From positions 77,156-141,155 of the forward strand of contig SCUL01000002.1 of the NCBI GenBank assembly GCA_004297205.1: 64,000 bases of DNA, in the 5' to 3' direction. Source of the stretch: Patescibacteria group bacterium (GTDB taxonomy: Bacteria; Patescibacteriota; Patescibacteriia; 2-12-FULL-57-11). Positions 25,599 through 33,736 of the stretch are shown in pieces; position 1 is the stretch's first letter; each line of letters starts with the position of its first letter. Under the pieces are notes generated by a model. The model worked only from the letters and a program-made list of their open reading frames with translations, was not told where the DNA came from and did no database searches. The position numbers and the translations under genes were made by a program.

Positions 25599-27350
25599 TC
25601 AGGAACGCTTGGCAACACCGAAGATCCACAAGTGCTTTTCCATCCAGCGGCCGGCCAGCGCCCGCAGGAAGGTACGGGTCACGATGATGGCCGTGAACAT
25701 GGACACCAGGATGCCGATGGCCAGCGTGACGGCGAAACCTTTGACGAGCGAGGTGCCCAGCCAGGCCAGGATGGCGCAGGTGATGAGCGAGGAGGCGTTG
25801 GAGTCGCGGATCGACAGCCAAGCGCGGCGGAAGCCTTCATCCATGGCGTCGCGGATGGCCTTCCCGCTCCGCAATTCCTCCTTCATGCGTTCGAAAATCA
25901 GGATGTTGGCGTCCACGGCCATGCCCAGCGACAAGATGAACCCGGCGATGCCGGCCAGGGTCAGCGTCACGCCGATCATCTTGAACACCGCCAAGGTCAG
26001 CGCGGCGTAGACGACGAGCGCCACCGTGGCCACGACGCCCAGGAAGCGGTAGATGACGAACATGAACAGCGCCACGACGGCGAAGCCGAGCAGCCCGGCC
26101 ATCAGCGACTTGGCGAGCGACTCCGCGCCGAGCGACGCGCCGACCGTCTGCTGGTTGACCAGCGTGATCGGCACCGGCAGGGCGCCGGCGTTCAGGTTGC
26201 GCACCATCTGCTTGGCTTCCGGAATGGTGTACCGGCCGGTGATGACGGCTTCGCCCACCAGGATTTCCTGCTGGACCACCGGATCCGACAGCAGCACGCC
26301 GTCCAGGAAGATGGCGACCGGTTTGCCGACGTTCCGTTTGGTGATTTCGCCGAACAGCTTCGTCCCCTCGTCGTTGAACTGAAGGCCGATCTGGACGACG
26401 CCGGTCTGTTGGTCGAACAGGACGTTGGCGCGGCGCAGATGGGCGCCGGTGAGTCCGCTGTTTTTCCACTGTTCAGGTGGCACGATGTCTGTCTCCGCCA
26501 GCTTCTTGAACAGGATGTGGCTGGCGCGGTACTCGGGTACGGTGGAAGTGGCCGTGGTGCCGTCGGACAGCTCGAGCTCCGGACCGGCCGCTTCGCGCTC
26601 CCCGGTCTTTTTGATGATGTGGTAGCCGAAGGCGGTCGCCACCGGCGTCTTGCTGATCTCGTCCACCTTCAACGCGGCCACGGCGGTTTCGAATTCGGGC
26701 ACGGTGGTGCCGGCGGTGAACCAGTCGAGGTCGCCGCCGTTGTCCTTGCTGCCCGGGTCGTCGGACAGTTCCTTGGCCAGCGCGGCAAAGTCGGCGCCGG
26801 GCTCCCGCACGCGCTTCAAGGCGTCCTGCGCTTTCTTCTTGGCTTCGGCGTCGCTGTCGGCAAGCTGTTTCTTTTCCTCGGCGGTCAGCGGGCGGGCCGG
26901 TTCCGTGCTGACTTCCTTGAACTCCAACAGCGGCGTTTCGCCGATCTGGCGGATGGCCTCATTCACGTCCAGGATGCCGGCCAGGTCCACGATCAGGCGG
27001 TACTTGTCGCCGACGATCGCGGTCTGCACCAACGGTTCGGACACGCCAAAGGCGTTGACGCGCCGCTCGATCACCTCGCGCAGACCATTGAGCTGTTCGC
27101 GGCGGTCGGCTTCCGGCACGCTCTGCATGTCGGCCTCGTAGACGAGGTGGGAGCCGCCTTGAAGGTCGAGACCGAGCCGGAAGGCCTTGGTCGGGAACTC
27201 CGGCAACGGACCGCGGATGCGGTTCCAGACGGAGGGATCCACGAACAGGCCGGCCAGCGCGCCGACAACGAGGAGCAAAAGCGCGACCCAGCGCAGGCGG
27301 GCCGCCGGGGCGCGGAACAGCATGCCGAGGGGGTTGGAGGGAGTGGCCAT
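25599..27350 (-). CDS. secD: protein translocase subunit SecD with an inserted parvulin-type (PpiC) peptidyl-prolyl isomerase domain in the periplasmic P1 region
   Basis: SecD TM and P1 motifs are present (...[28 protein letters not shown]...[13 protein letters not shown]...). An inserted segment of about 100 aa reads ...[63 protein letters not shown], the parvulin signature. Start ATG 27350. Confidence 0.85.
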   Translation of the reverse strand: MATPSNPLGMLFRAPAARLRWVALLLLVVGALAGLFVDPSVWNRIRGPLPEFPTKAFRLGLDLQGGSHLVYEADMQSVPEADRREQLNGLREVIERRVNAFGVSEPLVQTAIVGDKYRLIVDLAGILDVNEAIRQIGETPLLEFKEVSTEPARPLTAEEKKQLADSDAEAKKKAQDALKRVREPGADFAALAKELSDDPGSKDNGGDLDWFTAGTTVPEFETAVAALKVDEISKTPVATAFGYHIIKKTGEREAAGPELELSDGTTATSTVPEYRASHILFKKLAETDIVPPEQWKNSGLTGAHLRRANVLFDQQTGVVQIGLQFNDEGTKLFGEITKRNVGKPVAIFLDGVLLSDPVVQQEILVGEAVITGRYTIPEAKQMVRNLNAGALPVPITLVNQQTVGASLGAESLAKSLMAGLLGFAVVALFMFVIYRFLGVVATVALVVYAALTLAVFKMIGVTLTLAGIAGFILSLGMAVDANILIFERMKEELRSGKAIRDAMDEGFRRAWLSIRDSNASSLITCAILAWLGTSLVKGFAVTLAIGILVSMFTAIIVTRTFLRALAGRWMEKHLWIFGVAKRS

Positions 27351-27589
27351 AACGGGCGGAATGGTACCCGAGCCGAACCGGGAGGCGCAAGGGTCGTCCC
27401 GGCCGTCCCCTTGCCTTCCTCCGGGGTCTGTGGGCATGCTGGACCCAAGACCCCCACCGCGTGCGGCGTTGCACCCCCCTCTTGGCAACGCCGACGTCGC
27501 GGTGGCGGTCCCCCCTTAGCGGGACGTTGGTCGCTCGGACGTCCTTTACCCGTGTGTATCGTCCGCCCCCCCAGACGATGCCGGGCGCT

Positions 27590-27646
27590 GCGACCACCGC
27601 CAGTTCCAGGGTTCTCTCTTCCTCTGGTCCAGGCGGTCTTTTTTTC
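27590..27646 (+). terminator. candidate rho-independent terminator inside the 365-nt secD/lipoprotein divergent intergenic region
   Basis: An imperfect long hairpin (ACCGCCAG...CCTCTGGTCCAGGCGGT) is followed by CTTTTTTT. There is no upstream + strand CDS, which suggests an ncRNA end. Confidence 0.35.
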
Positions 27647-27715
27647 CTGCTTTCCATGCTTGGCAAAGTATCATGCGTATCGATACCATTCACGTGTAAC
27701 GCATGACGTAATCTT

Positions 27716-28219
27716 ATGAAAAAATATCTGCCGATCTTGGCCGCGGTCCTGTTGCTCGGTGCGGGCTGCGCGTCTCCCGCAACTCCGTCCACGAACGCGC
27801 CGCGGGCGGCAGCCGATCCGGAGCCGCGGTGCGATGCCCTCTTGACCCTCGCTGAAGCGCAGCAGGTTTCCGGTCTTGCCTATGCCGTGCGTGATGCGAA
27901 AGCAACGACGATGGGCACAACCGTCGTGACCACCTGCACTTTTTACACCAACGAACGGACCACGGGCATCAAGCCCTTTACCATCCTGACGCGCTCCGCC
28001 GCATCGACTGTGGAAGTCAATGAAATCTTCGAAGCGAGCAAAACCGCCACCTATACCGATGGACAGCCGATCTCCGGCCTCGGCGACCAGGCGCTGTGGT
28101 CTCCGTCTTTCGGCCAGCTGTCGGTTCTGCGAGGTCAAACGTGGTTGATTGTGACTGCAACCAATAACCGGGTTCTTGCAACGAAGATCGCCGAGGCCCT
28201 CGCCCCGAAGCTCAAGTAA
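27716..28219 (+). CDS. lipoprotein, hypothetical (167 aa)
   Basis: MKKYLPILAAVLLLGAGC signal peptide with a canonical lipobox. TTGGCA-18-TACCAT promoter-like sequence at about 27659-27690. Confidence 0.7.
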   Translation: MKKYLPILAAVLLLGAGCASPATPSTNAPRAAADPEPRCDALLTLAEAQQVSGLAYAVRDAKATTMGTTVVTTCTFYTNERTTGIKPFTILTRSAASTVEVNEIFEASKTATYTDGQPISGLGDQALWSPSFGQLSVLRGQTWLIVTATNNRVLATKIAEALAPKLK

Positions 28220-28844
28220 GCGGCACGTCTCCCGCGACTTCTCCAAAAAAATCCTGGTGACGTGACTCGACGTGAGCCGCAAGTTCTTCGAGGTAGGCGA
28301 GCAGTTCTGGTTGACCGGCCATCTTGCTGCGCTTCAGGGCAAGCACCTCCTCGAACGCCAGTCCGTGTTTCTTCCAGATGCGACCGCCGTCCGCGGTCGT
28401 CGCAAGCATCGGTTCCAACTTGTCGAGCGCGTAAATGAAGCGGCTTTCCGGATCCTCGCGGCGCTCGTAGGCGGCAATGGCGTCGTGGAGGTCGGGAAAT
28501 TCTGAAAACTCCCTGCGCAGCCGTTCCGCCGCTGCGTGTTCACTCGCCGATTTCTCGGCCCGGGCCTTGGCGTCCTTCGTGTAGGCGAAAACGTCGCCGG
28601 CGTAAACCTCAACAAGGTCATGAATAAGCGCGTACCGCAACACCTTGTCCTGATCCAGCGGCAGCTTCAATGTCGAGACCGTATACCACGCCAACATGGC
28701 CAGTGAATAGCTGTGCTCGACGTCGTTTTCCAAACGCTCCTCGCCGATGATGAAAATCTCGCGGATCACGCGCCGGTAGGCGGTGAGCATCGCATAGAAT
28801 CGCTGGAGCTCGGGGAGGCCGGCCATACGTTCAGGATGTGACAT
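28212..28844 (-). CDS. HD-domain phosphohydrolase (YfbR-like 5'-deoxynucleotidase family)
   Basis: H...HD motif (...VEHSYSLAMLAWY...ALIHDLVEVYAGD...). The track ORF is 5' extended across the PPC gene. Start is Met at 28844, or 28826. Confidence 0.7.
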   Translation of the reverse strand: MSHPERMAGLPELQRFYAMLTAYRRVIREIFIIGEERLENDVEHSYSLAMLAWYTVSTLKLPLDQDKVLRYALIHDLVEVYAGDVFAYTKDAKARAEKSASEHAAAERLRREFSEFPDLHDAIAAYERREDPESRFIYALDKLEPMLATTADGGRIWKKHGLAFEEVLALKRSKMAGQPELLAYLEELAAHVESRHQDFFGEVAGDVPLT

Positions 28845-29235
28845 GGAATTCGGGAAAACCCGTTGCCTCGTCATGAATCCGACGATACACGACGTCGTCG
28901 AAGATGCCGAACACAACCTCGGCCGTGGTATCCACAACGCAGCCGTCCTTGAGGTGGCCGCCGATAACGGCACCGTCCTTGTCCGAAAGGCTGACGTGGA
29001 TGTGACAGCCGTCCGCGGCGATCGTTCCGGTTCCGGAAACGATTTCGAGCGGTCCCGCGATCGTACGGACGATTTGCGCGTCCGGCGTGGCGCCGGCCAT
29101 CCGCAAAACCGCCGTGCGCACCCCGCCGACCAGGGACAACAACACGCCCGCGCCGATCCTTCGTTCACGGGCGATGCGTTCGATCTCTTCCTTCAGCAGT
29201 TGTCCCGGCCGGAGCCGGAAGGAAATCTGTTTCAT
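28831..29235 (-). CDS. PPC domain protein (DUF296; PCC/AT-hook-associated fold)
   Basis: 134 aa with G-rich beta-strand pattern ...GAGVLLSLVGGVRTAVLR...GPLEIVSGTGTIA...HIHVSL... Its ATG overlaps the TGA of upstream DUF1653 (ATGA). Confidence 0.7.
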   Translation of the reverse strand: MKQISFRLRPGQLLKEEIERIARERRIGAGVLLSLVGGVRTAVLRMAGATPDAQIVRTIAGPLEIVSGTGTIAADGCHIHVSLSDKDGAVIGGHLKDGCVVDTTAEVVFGIFDDVVYRRIHDEATGFPEFHVTS

Positions 29236-29498
29236 ACCTCACGCACCCAGGCGAACCGCGGGCCTTTGTACTCCCCCACTTCGACGTGCTCGAGGAACAT
29301 GCCGAGCGGTCGGATCCAATACAGACCCGGATCGATCAACGACTAGTACACCACGAACTCCTGCGCCGGGTCCTCGCTGCTGCGCCCGACGAACCGCGCA
29401 TGATACACGCCGCCTTTGTAGTGGCGGTAGATGCCGGGGCGGAACCGTTGCGCGGCGTCGGAGAGCGGCGGGAGATCGGGGGACATGCCGATGCTCAT
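29232..29498 (-). pseudogene. DUF1653 family gene interrupted by an in-frame TAG (amber) at 29343-29345
   Basis: Frame from ATG 29498 reads MSIGMSPDLPPLSDAAQRFRPGIYRHYKGGVYHARFVGRSSEDPAQEFVVY*SLIDPGLYWIRPLGMFLEHVEVGEYKGPRFAWVREV*. Both halves match DUF1653 (YRHYKGG.Y ... Y..RPL.MFLE). Both ends are coupled to neighbours by ATGA overlaps. Confidence 0.6.
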
Positions 29499-30493
29499 CT
29501 CAGTGCATTAATCCTATCCCTGCTCATTTCTATCTGTTTTTCTCTTTCTTTCTCGTTTCTTTCCCAGATAGCAGACAATGTTTCCTTCACGTGACCGATG
29601 TTTTGACGCTGCACGACGTTACTGATCACGGAACCGGACGGATATTCAACAAAAACCGTCAAGGTATTGAACACCACCTGCCCGGATCTTGGGGTGAACA
29701 ATTGTTTATGAAGCTCGGGCGAACGCATGTGTACTCGTTCCTCAACCGACCGAAACGCGGCTTTCAGGTCTTCCTGATTCCCTAAAATGTCGAGGTGTTT
29801 CACGGCTTTGCCCGTCAATGCCGTCCCTGAAACCATCGGCAGAATACGGCGTTCAAGCGCCCAGTCAATTACCTCACCGGCATCATCGGCGTTGTCTTTG
29901 TACACCATGATGGAAACACCCATTCTCGTGAATCCGTTTTTATCCGGTTTGTTGAATCCGGCATCGATCATGGCACGTATCGCCTCATCTCTTTTTTCCG
30001 CATATTTCTTAACACCGGAGATTCTGTTCTCTTTTTCGGGGTCAAAACTATTCACTTTCACGACGAAGGAAACGGGATACTCCCTTAATTTTTCAATTGC
30101 GGTCGCATTCAATAGAGCGCCGTTCGTAAATACCGTGACATGCAGATCCAGCTCTCTGGCTTTTTCGAGAAGCGGCCAAATCTCTTTATTTGAAAAGGGC
30201 TCGCCGTGGCCCGCCAACAACAGATTCGTAATCCCGAGATTCTTTGCTTCCTCCAACAATTCAACGCTTTTTGCGACATCAACCGATTGTTGCGTCTTTT
30301 CTCTGTACGCATCGGTAAAACAATACACGCAGTTCAAATTACACTTCTCTCGTGGAAAGGAAATACTCAGCTGCAGGGGCCTATCGCGTTCCCAGGCTCG
30401 TTCAATGTCCTCGATGTCAAAATCAATTCCTTTCAGCTTGATGGGCTCGGGTTTCTCTACCTCCGGACTCGGAAAATATTCTCCAGATCTCAT
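29495..30493 (-). CDS. radical SAM protein (CxxxCxxC; function unknown)
   Basis: CNLNCVYCF cluster and GHGEPF glycine-rich SAM motif. 332 aa. No SPASM or twitch Cys cluster seen. Local GC is clearly lower than surrounding genes. Confidence 0.75.
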   Translation of the reverse strand: MRSGEYFPSPEVEKPEPIKLKGIDFDIEDIERAWERDRPLQLSISFPREKCNLNCVYCFTDAYREKTQQSVDVAKSVELLEEAKNLGITNLLLAGHGEPFSNKEIWPLLEKARELDLHVTVFTNGALLNATAIEKLREYPVSFVVKVNSFDPEKENRISGVKKYAEKRDEAIRAMIDAGFNKPDKNGFTRMGVSIMVYKDNADDAGEVIDWALERRILPMVSGTALTGKAVKHLDILGNQEDLKAAFRSVEERVHMRSPELHKQLFTPRSGQVVFNTLTVFVEYPSGSVISNVVQRQNIGHVKETLSAIWERNEKEREKQIEMSRDRINALR

Positions 30494-30518
30494 ATGCCAT
30501 CATCTTACACTACGAGTT

Positions 30519-31445
30519 TCATACCGGAATCTTTACCTTGGCAAGCTGCGACTCACGGATCGACAGGCCGAGGAACAACGCGAGCAGCAGGACGGTGTTG
30601 AGCGGCGCGACCCAGAAGCCGAACTCGCGTCCGAAACTTTCCAGCACCATCAGGCCGCCAAGCATGCCGATGGAATACATGGCGCCGTTCTTGAGATAGG
30701 CGAACTTGGAAATGACATCGATGCCGCGCACCGTCACCTCGCGGACGACGAGCGCGCCGATGCCGTTGCCGATCAGGATGAGCACCACGGACAGCGTGAA
30801 GGCGAAGGCGCCGATCACGCCGTCGATGGAGAACGACGCGTCGAGCACTTCGAGGTACAGCAGTTTGCTCCAGGCGCTCAGATGCGCGGTGTGCAGTTTC
30901 TTCTCCGTCTCCTCGGCGTTGCGCCGGAAACCGTCGGTCACGAAGAAGGCCGTGGCGCCGATGGAGGCGGACAGCGCCAGGATGGGATTCTCGCGCACCG
31001 CCAGGGCGATGACCTTGGTGATGAAAATCGAGGCGAAGGCGTAGAACCAGACGCTCTGGCGGTGGATGAAGTGCTCGACAAAGAAGGCGTACTTCTTCTC
31101 CTCCATGAACAGCCAGCCGAGAAAAACGAAGACGAGGTAGACGCCGCCGGCCAGCAGCAACAACGGCTTGGAATGCTCAAGCGCCGCACTGACCTTGTCC
31201 GGTTCCGTGAACACCAGACGCATCAGCTCCGGCAGCGGGATGTTGGTATTGGCAAGCCAGACAATGAGGAACGGCAGCACGCCGCGCACCACGAACACGG
31301 CCAAGAGCAGCCCCCAGAACAGGAAAAACTTCCGGTACTTCTCCGGCAGGGTCTTCAGGACGTGGGCGTTGACGATGGCGTTGTCGACCGAGCTGATGAC
31401 CTCGAAGACGACCAGCCCGAAGATGACGACGAGGGATTGCAGCAT
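30519..31445 (-). CDS. DUF475 family integral membrane protein
   Basis: MLQSLVVIFGLVVFEVISSVDNAIV... N-terminus and ...SFSIDGVIGAFAFT... are typical of DUF475. About 8 TM helices. Confidence 0.65.
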   Translation of the reverse strand: MLQSLVVIFGLVVFEVISSVDNAIVNAHVLKTLPEKYRKFFLFWGLLLAVFVVRGVLPFLIVWLANTNIPLPELMRLVFTEPDKVSAALEHSKPLLLLAGGVYLVFVFLGWLFMEEKKYAFFVEHFIHRQSVWFYAFASIFITKVIALAVRENPILALSASIGATAFFVTDGFRRNAEETEKKLHTAHLSAWSKLLYLEVLDASFSIDGVIGAFAFTLSVVLILIGNGIGALVVREVTVRGIDVISKFAYLKNGAMYSIGMLGGLMVLESFGREFGFWVAPLNTVLLLALFLGLSIRESQLAKVKIPV

Positions 31446-31446
31446 A

Positions 31447-32022
31447 TCAGCCTTGTGCCTTCAGGATCTCGTCGAGCAGCACCGGCAGCTCGGTCACGCC
31501 ATCGTCCCCTGAGAAATGCCCCATCTCTTCGAGGATGATCGTTTTGGCACCGAGCTTATTACGCATCGCGACTTCGTTCTCCAACGGCACGTAGCGGTCG
31601 TTGTCGGAAAAAATCGCCTCGATCCGGCCTGCGGCGCGTTTTGCACGCTCGGTGTCGAGCGGCGTCCGCAACCACTCCGCGGCGATCGGCCGTTCTTCAT
31701 CGCTGTCCGCATTCGTCAGGTGGTTGAGGAACCCCGCCACGAGATAGGCGCCGCCGACGCGTTGATCGTCCGAAAGGTCGGCGAGGTACCGCAAGATTGC
31801 CTGACAGCCCATGCTGTGCCCGACCAAGATTGTCTCCTCGTCCGCCGTGCCGACAACGGTCGCAAGAAACGGCACCCAGGTGCCGATGCGCGGCGTGTCG
31901 GTCTCCGGCATCTCCGGTGCTTCCACGGCGAACCCGCGGGATTCGAGTTCCCGCTTCAACCACGGGAACCAGCCATGCTCAGGTGTTCCGCTCCAGCCGT
32001 GGATCAGGAAAGCGCGTTTCAT
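31447..32022 (-). CDS. alpha/beta hydrolase, RBBP9/YdeN-like serine hydrolase family
   Basis: About 190 aa, MKRAFLIHGWSGTPEHGWFPWL... with a GHSMG nucleophile motif, matching the family. Confidence 0.75.
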   Translation of the reverse strand: MKRAFLIHGWSGTPEHGWFPWLKRELESRGFAVEAPEMPETDTPRIGTWVPFLATVVGTADEETILVGHSMGCQAILRYLADLSDDQRVGGAYLVAGFLNHLTNADSDEERPIAAEWLRTPLDTERAKRAAGRIEAIFSDNDRYVPLENEVAMRNKLGAKTIILEEMGHFSGDDGVTELPVLLDEILKAQG

Positions 32023-32052
32023 ATGGCTTTCAGAATGACAGAAACGCGGAAA

Positions 32053-32081
32053 GAAAAAAAGACGCGTGCCTCCTGCACGCG
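32053..32081 (-). terminator. rho-independent terminator ending the SET/ASCH/HD operon
   Basis: On the minus strand: CGCGTGCAGGAGGCACGCG hairpin followed by TCTTTTTTTCTTT. Confidence 0.55.
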
Positions 32082-32124
32082 CGACGCCCGCCCGGCGACG
32101 GTCAGCGGCGCTGCGGAGCGCCCC

Positions 32125-32355
32125 TCACCTCTGGCGCAGGCGGTGCGACGTCTGCAGCTTCACGGAGCGTTTCGTCGACGGCGGAAGCCGCACCCGTTTC
32201 TCCGGTAGGTCGGTCTCGCACCGCGTGACCCGCTCGCGTGCCAGCTTCTTGCGCGCCCGCTGCGCCGCCAACGAACCGACGACGAAATCACGAACGTTCA
32301 TCTTCACCTCTTCTCTAAAACTAGCACACGGACGCGTGCCGTCAACACGATGCAA
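32125..32355 (-). CDS. small basic hypothetical protein (possible; may instead be 3' UTR)
   Basis: 76-aa ORF (plausible start MNVRDF...) between the SET gene and the terminator. No RBS or homology. Confidence 0.25.
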   Translation of the reverse strand: MHRVDGTRPCASFREEVKMNVRDFVVGSLAAQRARKKLARERVTRCETDLPEKRVRLPPSTKRSVKLQTSHRLRQR

Positions 32356-32378
32356 TACGGCGACGCCTGCCAGCCCCG

Positions 32379-32756
32379 TCAGGGCCTCCCCTGTTCGAAC
32401 TCTCCATAATCTTGCAGGAGCTCCTCTCCGGCCTCGATGTCTCTGACGGCGACAAGCCGATACTCGGGCGCACCGGCGTCAACCGTGATGTTCCCGACGT
32501 CCGCATGGTTGCAGAAGCGGATGTCATCGAACGCTAGATGCCAGGTGCCATCGTTGAAGTATCCGTAATGACGGATCTGTTTCTGGGAAAAAACATCCAG
32601 CTTCTGGAAATCGGCATCGGAAATATCAACGTCCAAATTCGAACTCATTTTGTACACCAACGAACCCTTGGCGACGCGTTGATCGGCAAAAAGACCGATG
32701 CCGTGTACGGGACTTTTCTCCAGTCGTGTTTTGACGAAAAGCATATGAGAGATCAC
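32379..32756 (-). CDS. SET domain protein (putative protein-lysine methyltransferase), 125 aa
   Basis: GIGLFA...KGSLV N-terminal SET motif. ...RFCNHADVGNITV... (the NHSCxPN equivalent). ...VAVRDIEAGEELLQDYGE... is post-SET-like. ATG overlaps the ASCH TGA. Confidence 0.65.
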   Translation of the reverse strand: MISHMLFVKTRLEKSPVHGIGLFADQRVAKGSLVYKMSSNLDVDISDADFQKLDVFSQKQIRHYGYFNDGTWHLAFDDIRFCNHADVGNITVDAGAPEYRLVAVRDIEAGEELLQDYGEFEQGRP

Positions 32757-33082
32757 GGCCCCCGCAACTCGAAGGTGATCATCTTCACGGGCGTGTCCAA
32801 CGTCACCCGGTCGCCGTAATACTTCTTGTATGCCTCGAACATCTTTTTGCTGCTTTCAAACCGCTCATGCCCGACAAAATCCGCATCCGTGATCCCGCCG
32901 AGGCGCTTCTCCTTGATGGCCGTGATACGCGCCGACGCAAACTCTTCTCCGGTGGACTTATTCACAAGCGAAAGCTCATCGCCGACACGGAGATCCTTGT
33001 CATCAAACATCCGCCAGGTGGATTTCTTCTCACCAGACAGCACCAACGGCACGAGATGGTCGAACAACTTGAGGGTCTTCAT
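32753..33082 (-). CDS. ASCH domain protein (PUA-like fold), 109 aa
   Basis: MKTLKLFDHLVPLVLSGEKKSTWR... is the typical ASCH N-terminus. ATG 33082 overlaps the HD gene TGA (ATGA). Confidence 0.7.
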   Translation of the reverse strand: MKTLKLFDHLVPLVLSGEKKSTWRMFDDKDLRVGDELSLVNKSTGEEFASARITAIKEKRLGGITDADFVGHERFESSKKMFEAYKKYYGDRVTLDTPVKMITFELRGP

Positions 33083-33699
33083 TCTTTTTTCCAGGCGCGC
33101 GTTTCCTGCGCGCGGTCGACGAACCATTGGTCGGAGGCGTCGAACCACCAGGCATCCGGGTGCGTGGCGAGCATCCGCTCCCCCAGTTTCCTGCCGGCGT
33201 CGGTCTTCAGCCGTTTCACGGCAATGGCGATCCACTCGGTGGCTTTGATGTTCCCTTTCACCTCCTCGGCGCGCAGTGTGGCGATCCACTCCAGGTTGTC
33301 GGCATCCTTGACGATCTTCGCTTCCAGGGTCTCCTTGGCCTGTTCTTCCGTGTACAGGTCGGCGATCTCCTTCCCAAAGGGAACGCTCGCCGCAATGTCG
33401 GCGACGGCGTGCCCTTCGGCAAGGCGACCGTACCGCTGATGGATGTAGTTCAGGTCCGACGTCCTGCCTTCGCCCAAGTCATGCACGAGCGCCATGAGCA
33501 CGACCTTGTTCTTGTCGACGCGCGGCTCGAGGTGGCACAGCGCGTAGGCGATGAGCGCCGTGTGGAAGAGGTGCTCGGCCACCGACTGGCTGCCGCTGCC
33601 CAAAAACCACAACCCCGAGCGCGGCGTCTTGCTGTGGATGCTCGTTTCGTACACGAAGTTCGTGATCTGATCAAGCGGGTCTTTTTTTGCGTCAGGCAT
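33079..33699 (-). CDS. HD-domain phosphohydrolase (YfbR-like 5'-nucleotidase family)
   Basis: ...AEHLFHTALIAYAL...LMALVHDLGEGRTSD... carries the H..HD..D motifs. 206 aa. Confidence 0.75.
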   Translation of the reverse strand: MPDAKKDPLDQITNFVYETSIHSKTPRSGLWFLGSGSQSVAEHLFHTALIAYALCHLEPRVDKNKVVLMALVHDLGEGRTSDLNYIHQRYGRLAEGHAVADIAASVPFGKEIADLYTEEQAKETLEAKIVKDADNLEWIATLRAEEVKGNIKATEWIAIAVKRLKTDAGRKLGERMLATHPDAWWFDASDQWFVDRAQETRAWKKE

Positions 33700-33736
33700 A
33701 AATCATTTGTCATTCTGAGGGGCAGCGAAGAATCCT

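Noticed and set aside
27351-27715. Possible RNase P, tmRNA or tRNA in long GC-rich intergenic regions
   Set aside because: I found no GGAAAGUCCGGGCUCC-type P4 sequence, no tmRNA tag ORF or T-arm GGUUCGAAUCC, and no tRNA-like T-loop motif anywhere in the window. I also looked for a CRISPR array and saw no regularly spaced direct repeats.
32125-32355. The 76-aa basic ORF downstream of the SET gene being a genuine fourth operon member
   Set aside because: It is kept only as a low-confidence feature. There is no RBS and no homology, and it is in frame with nothing. It may simply be the 3' UTR before the terminator.
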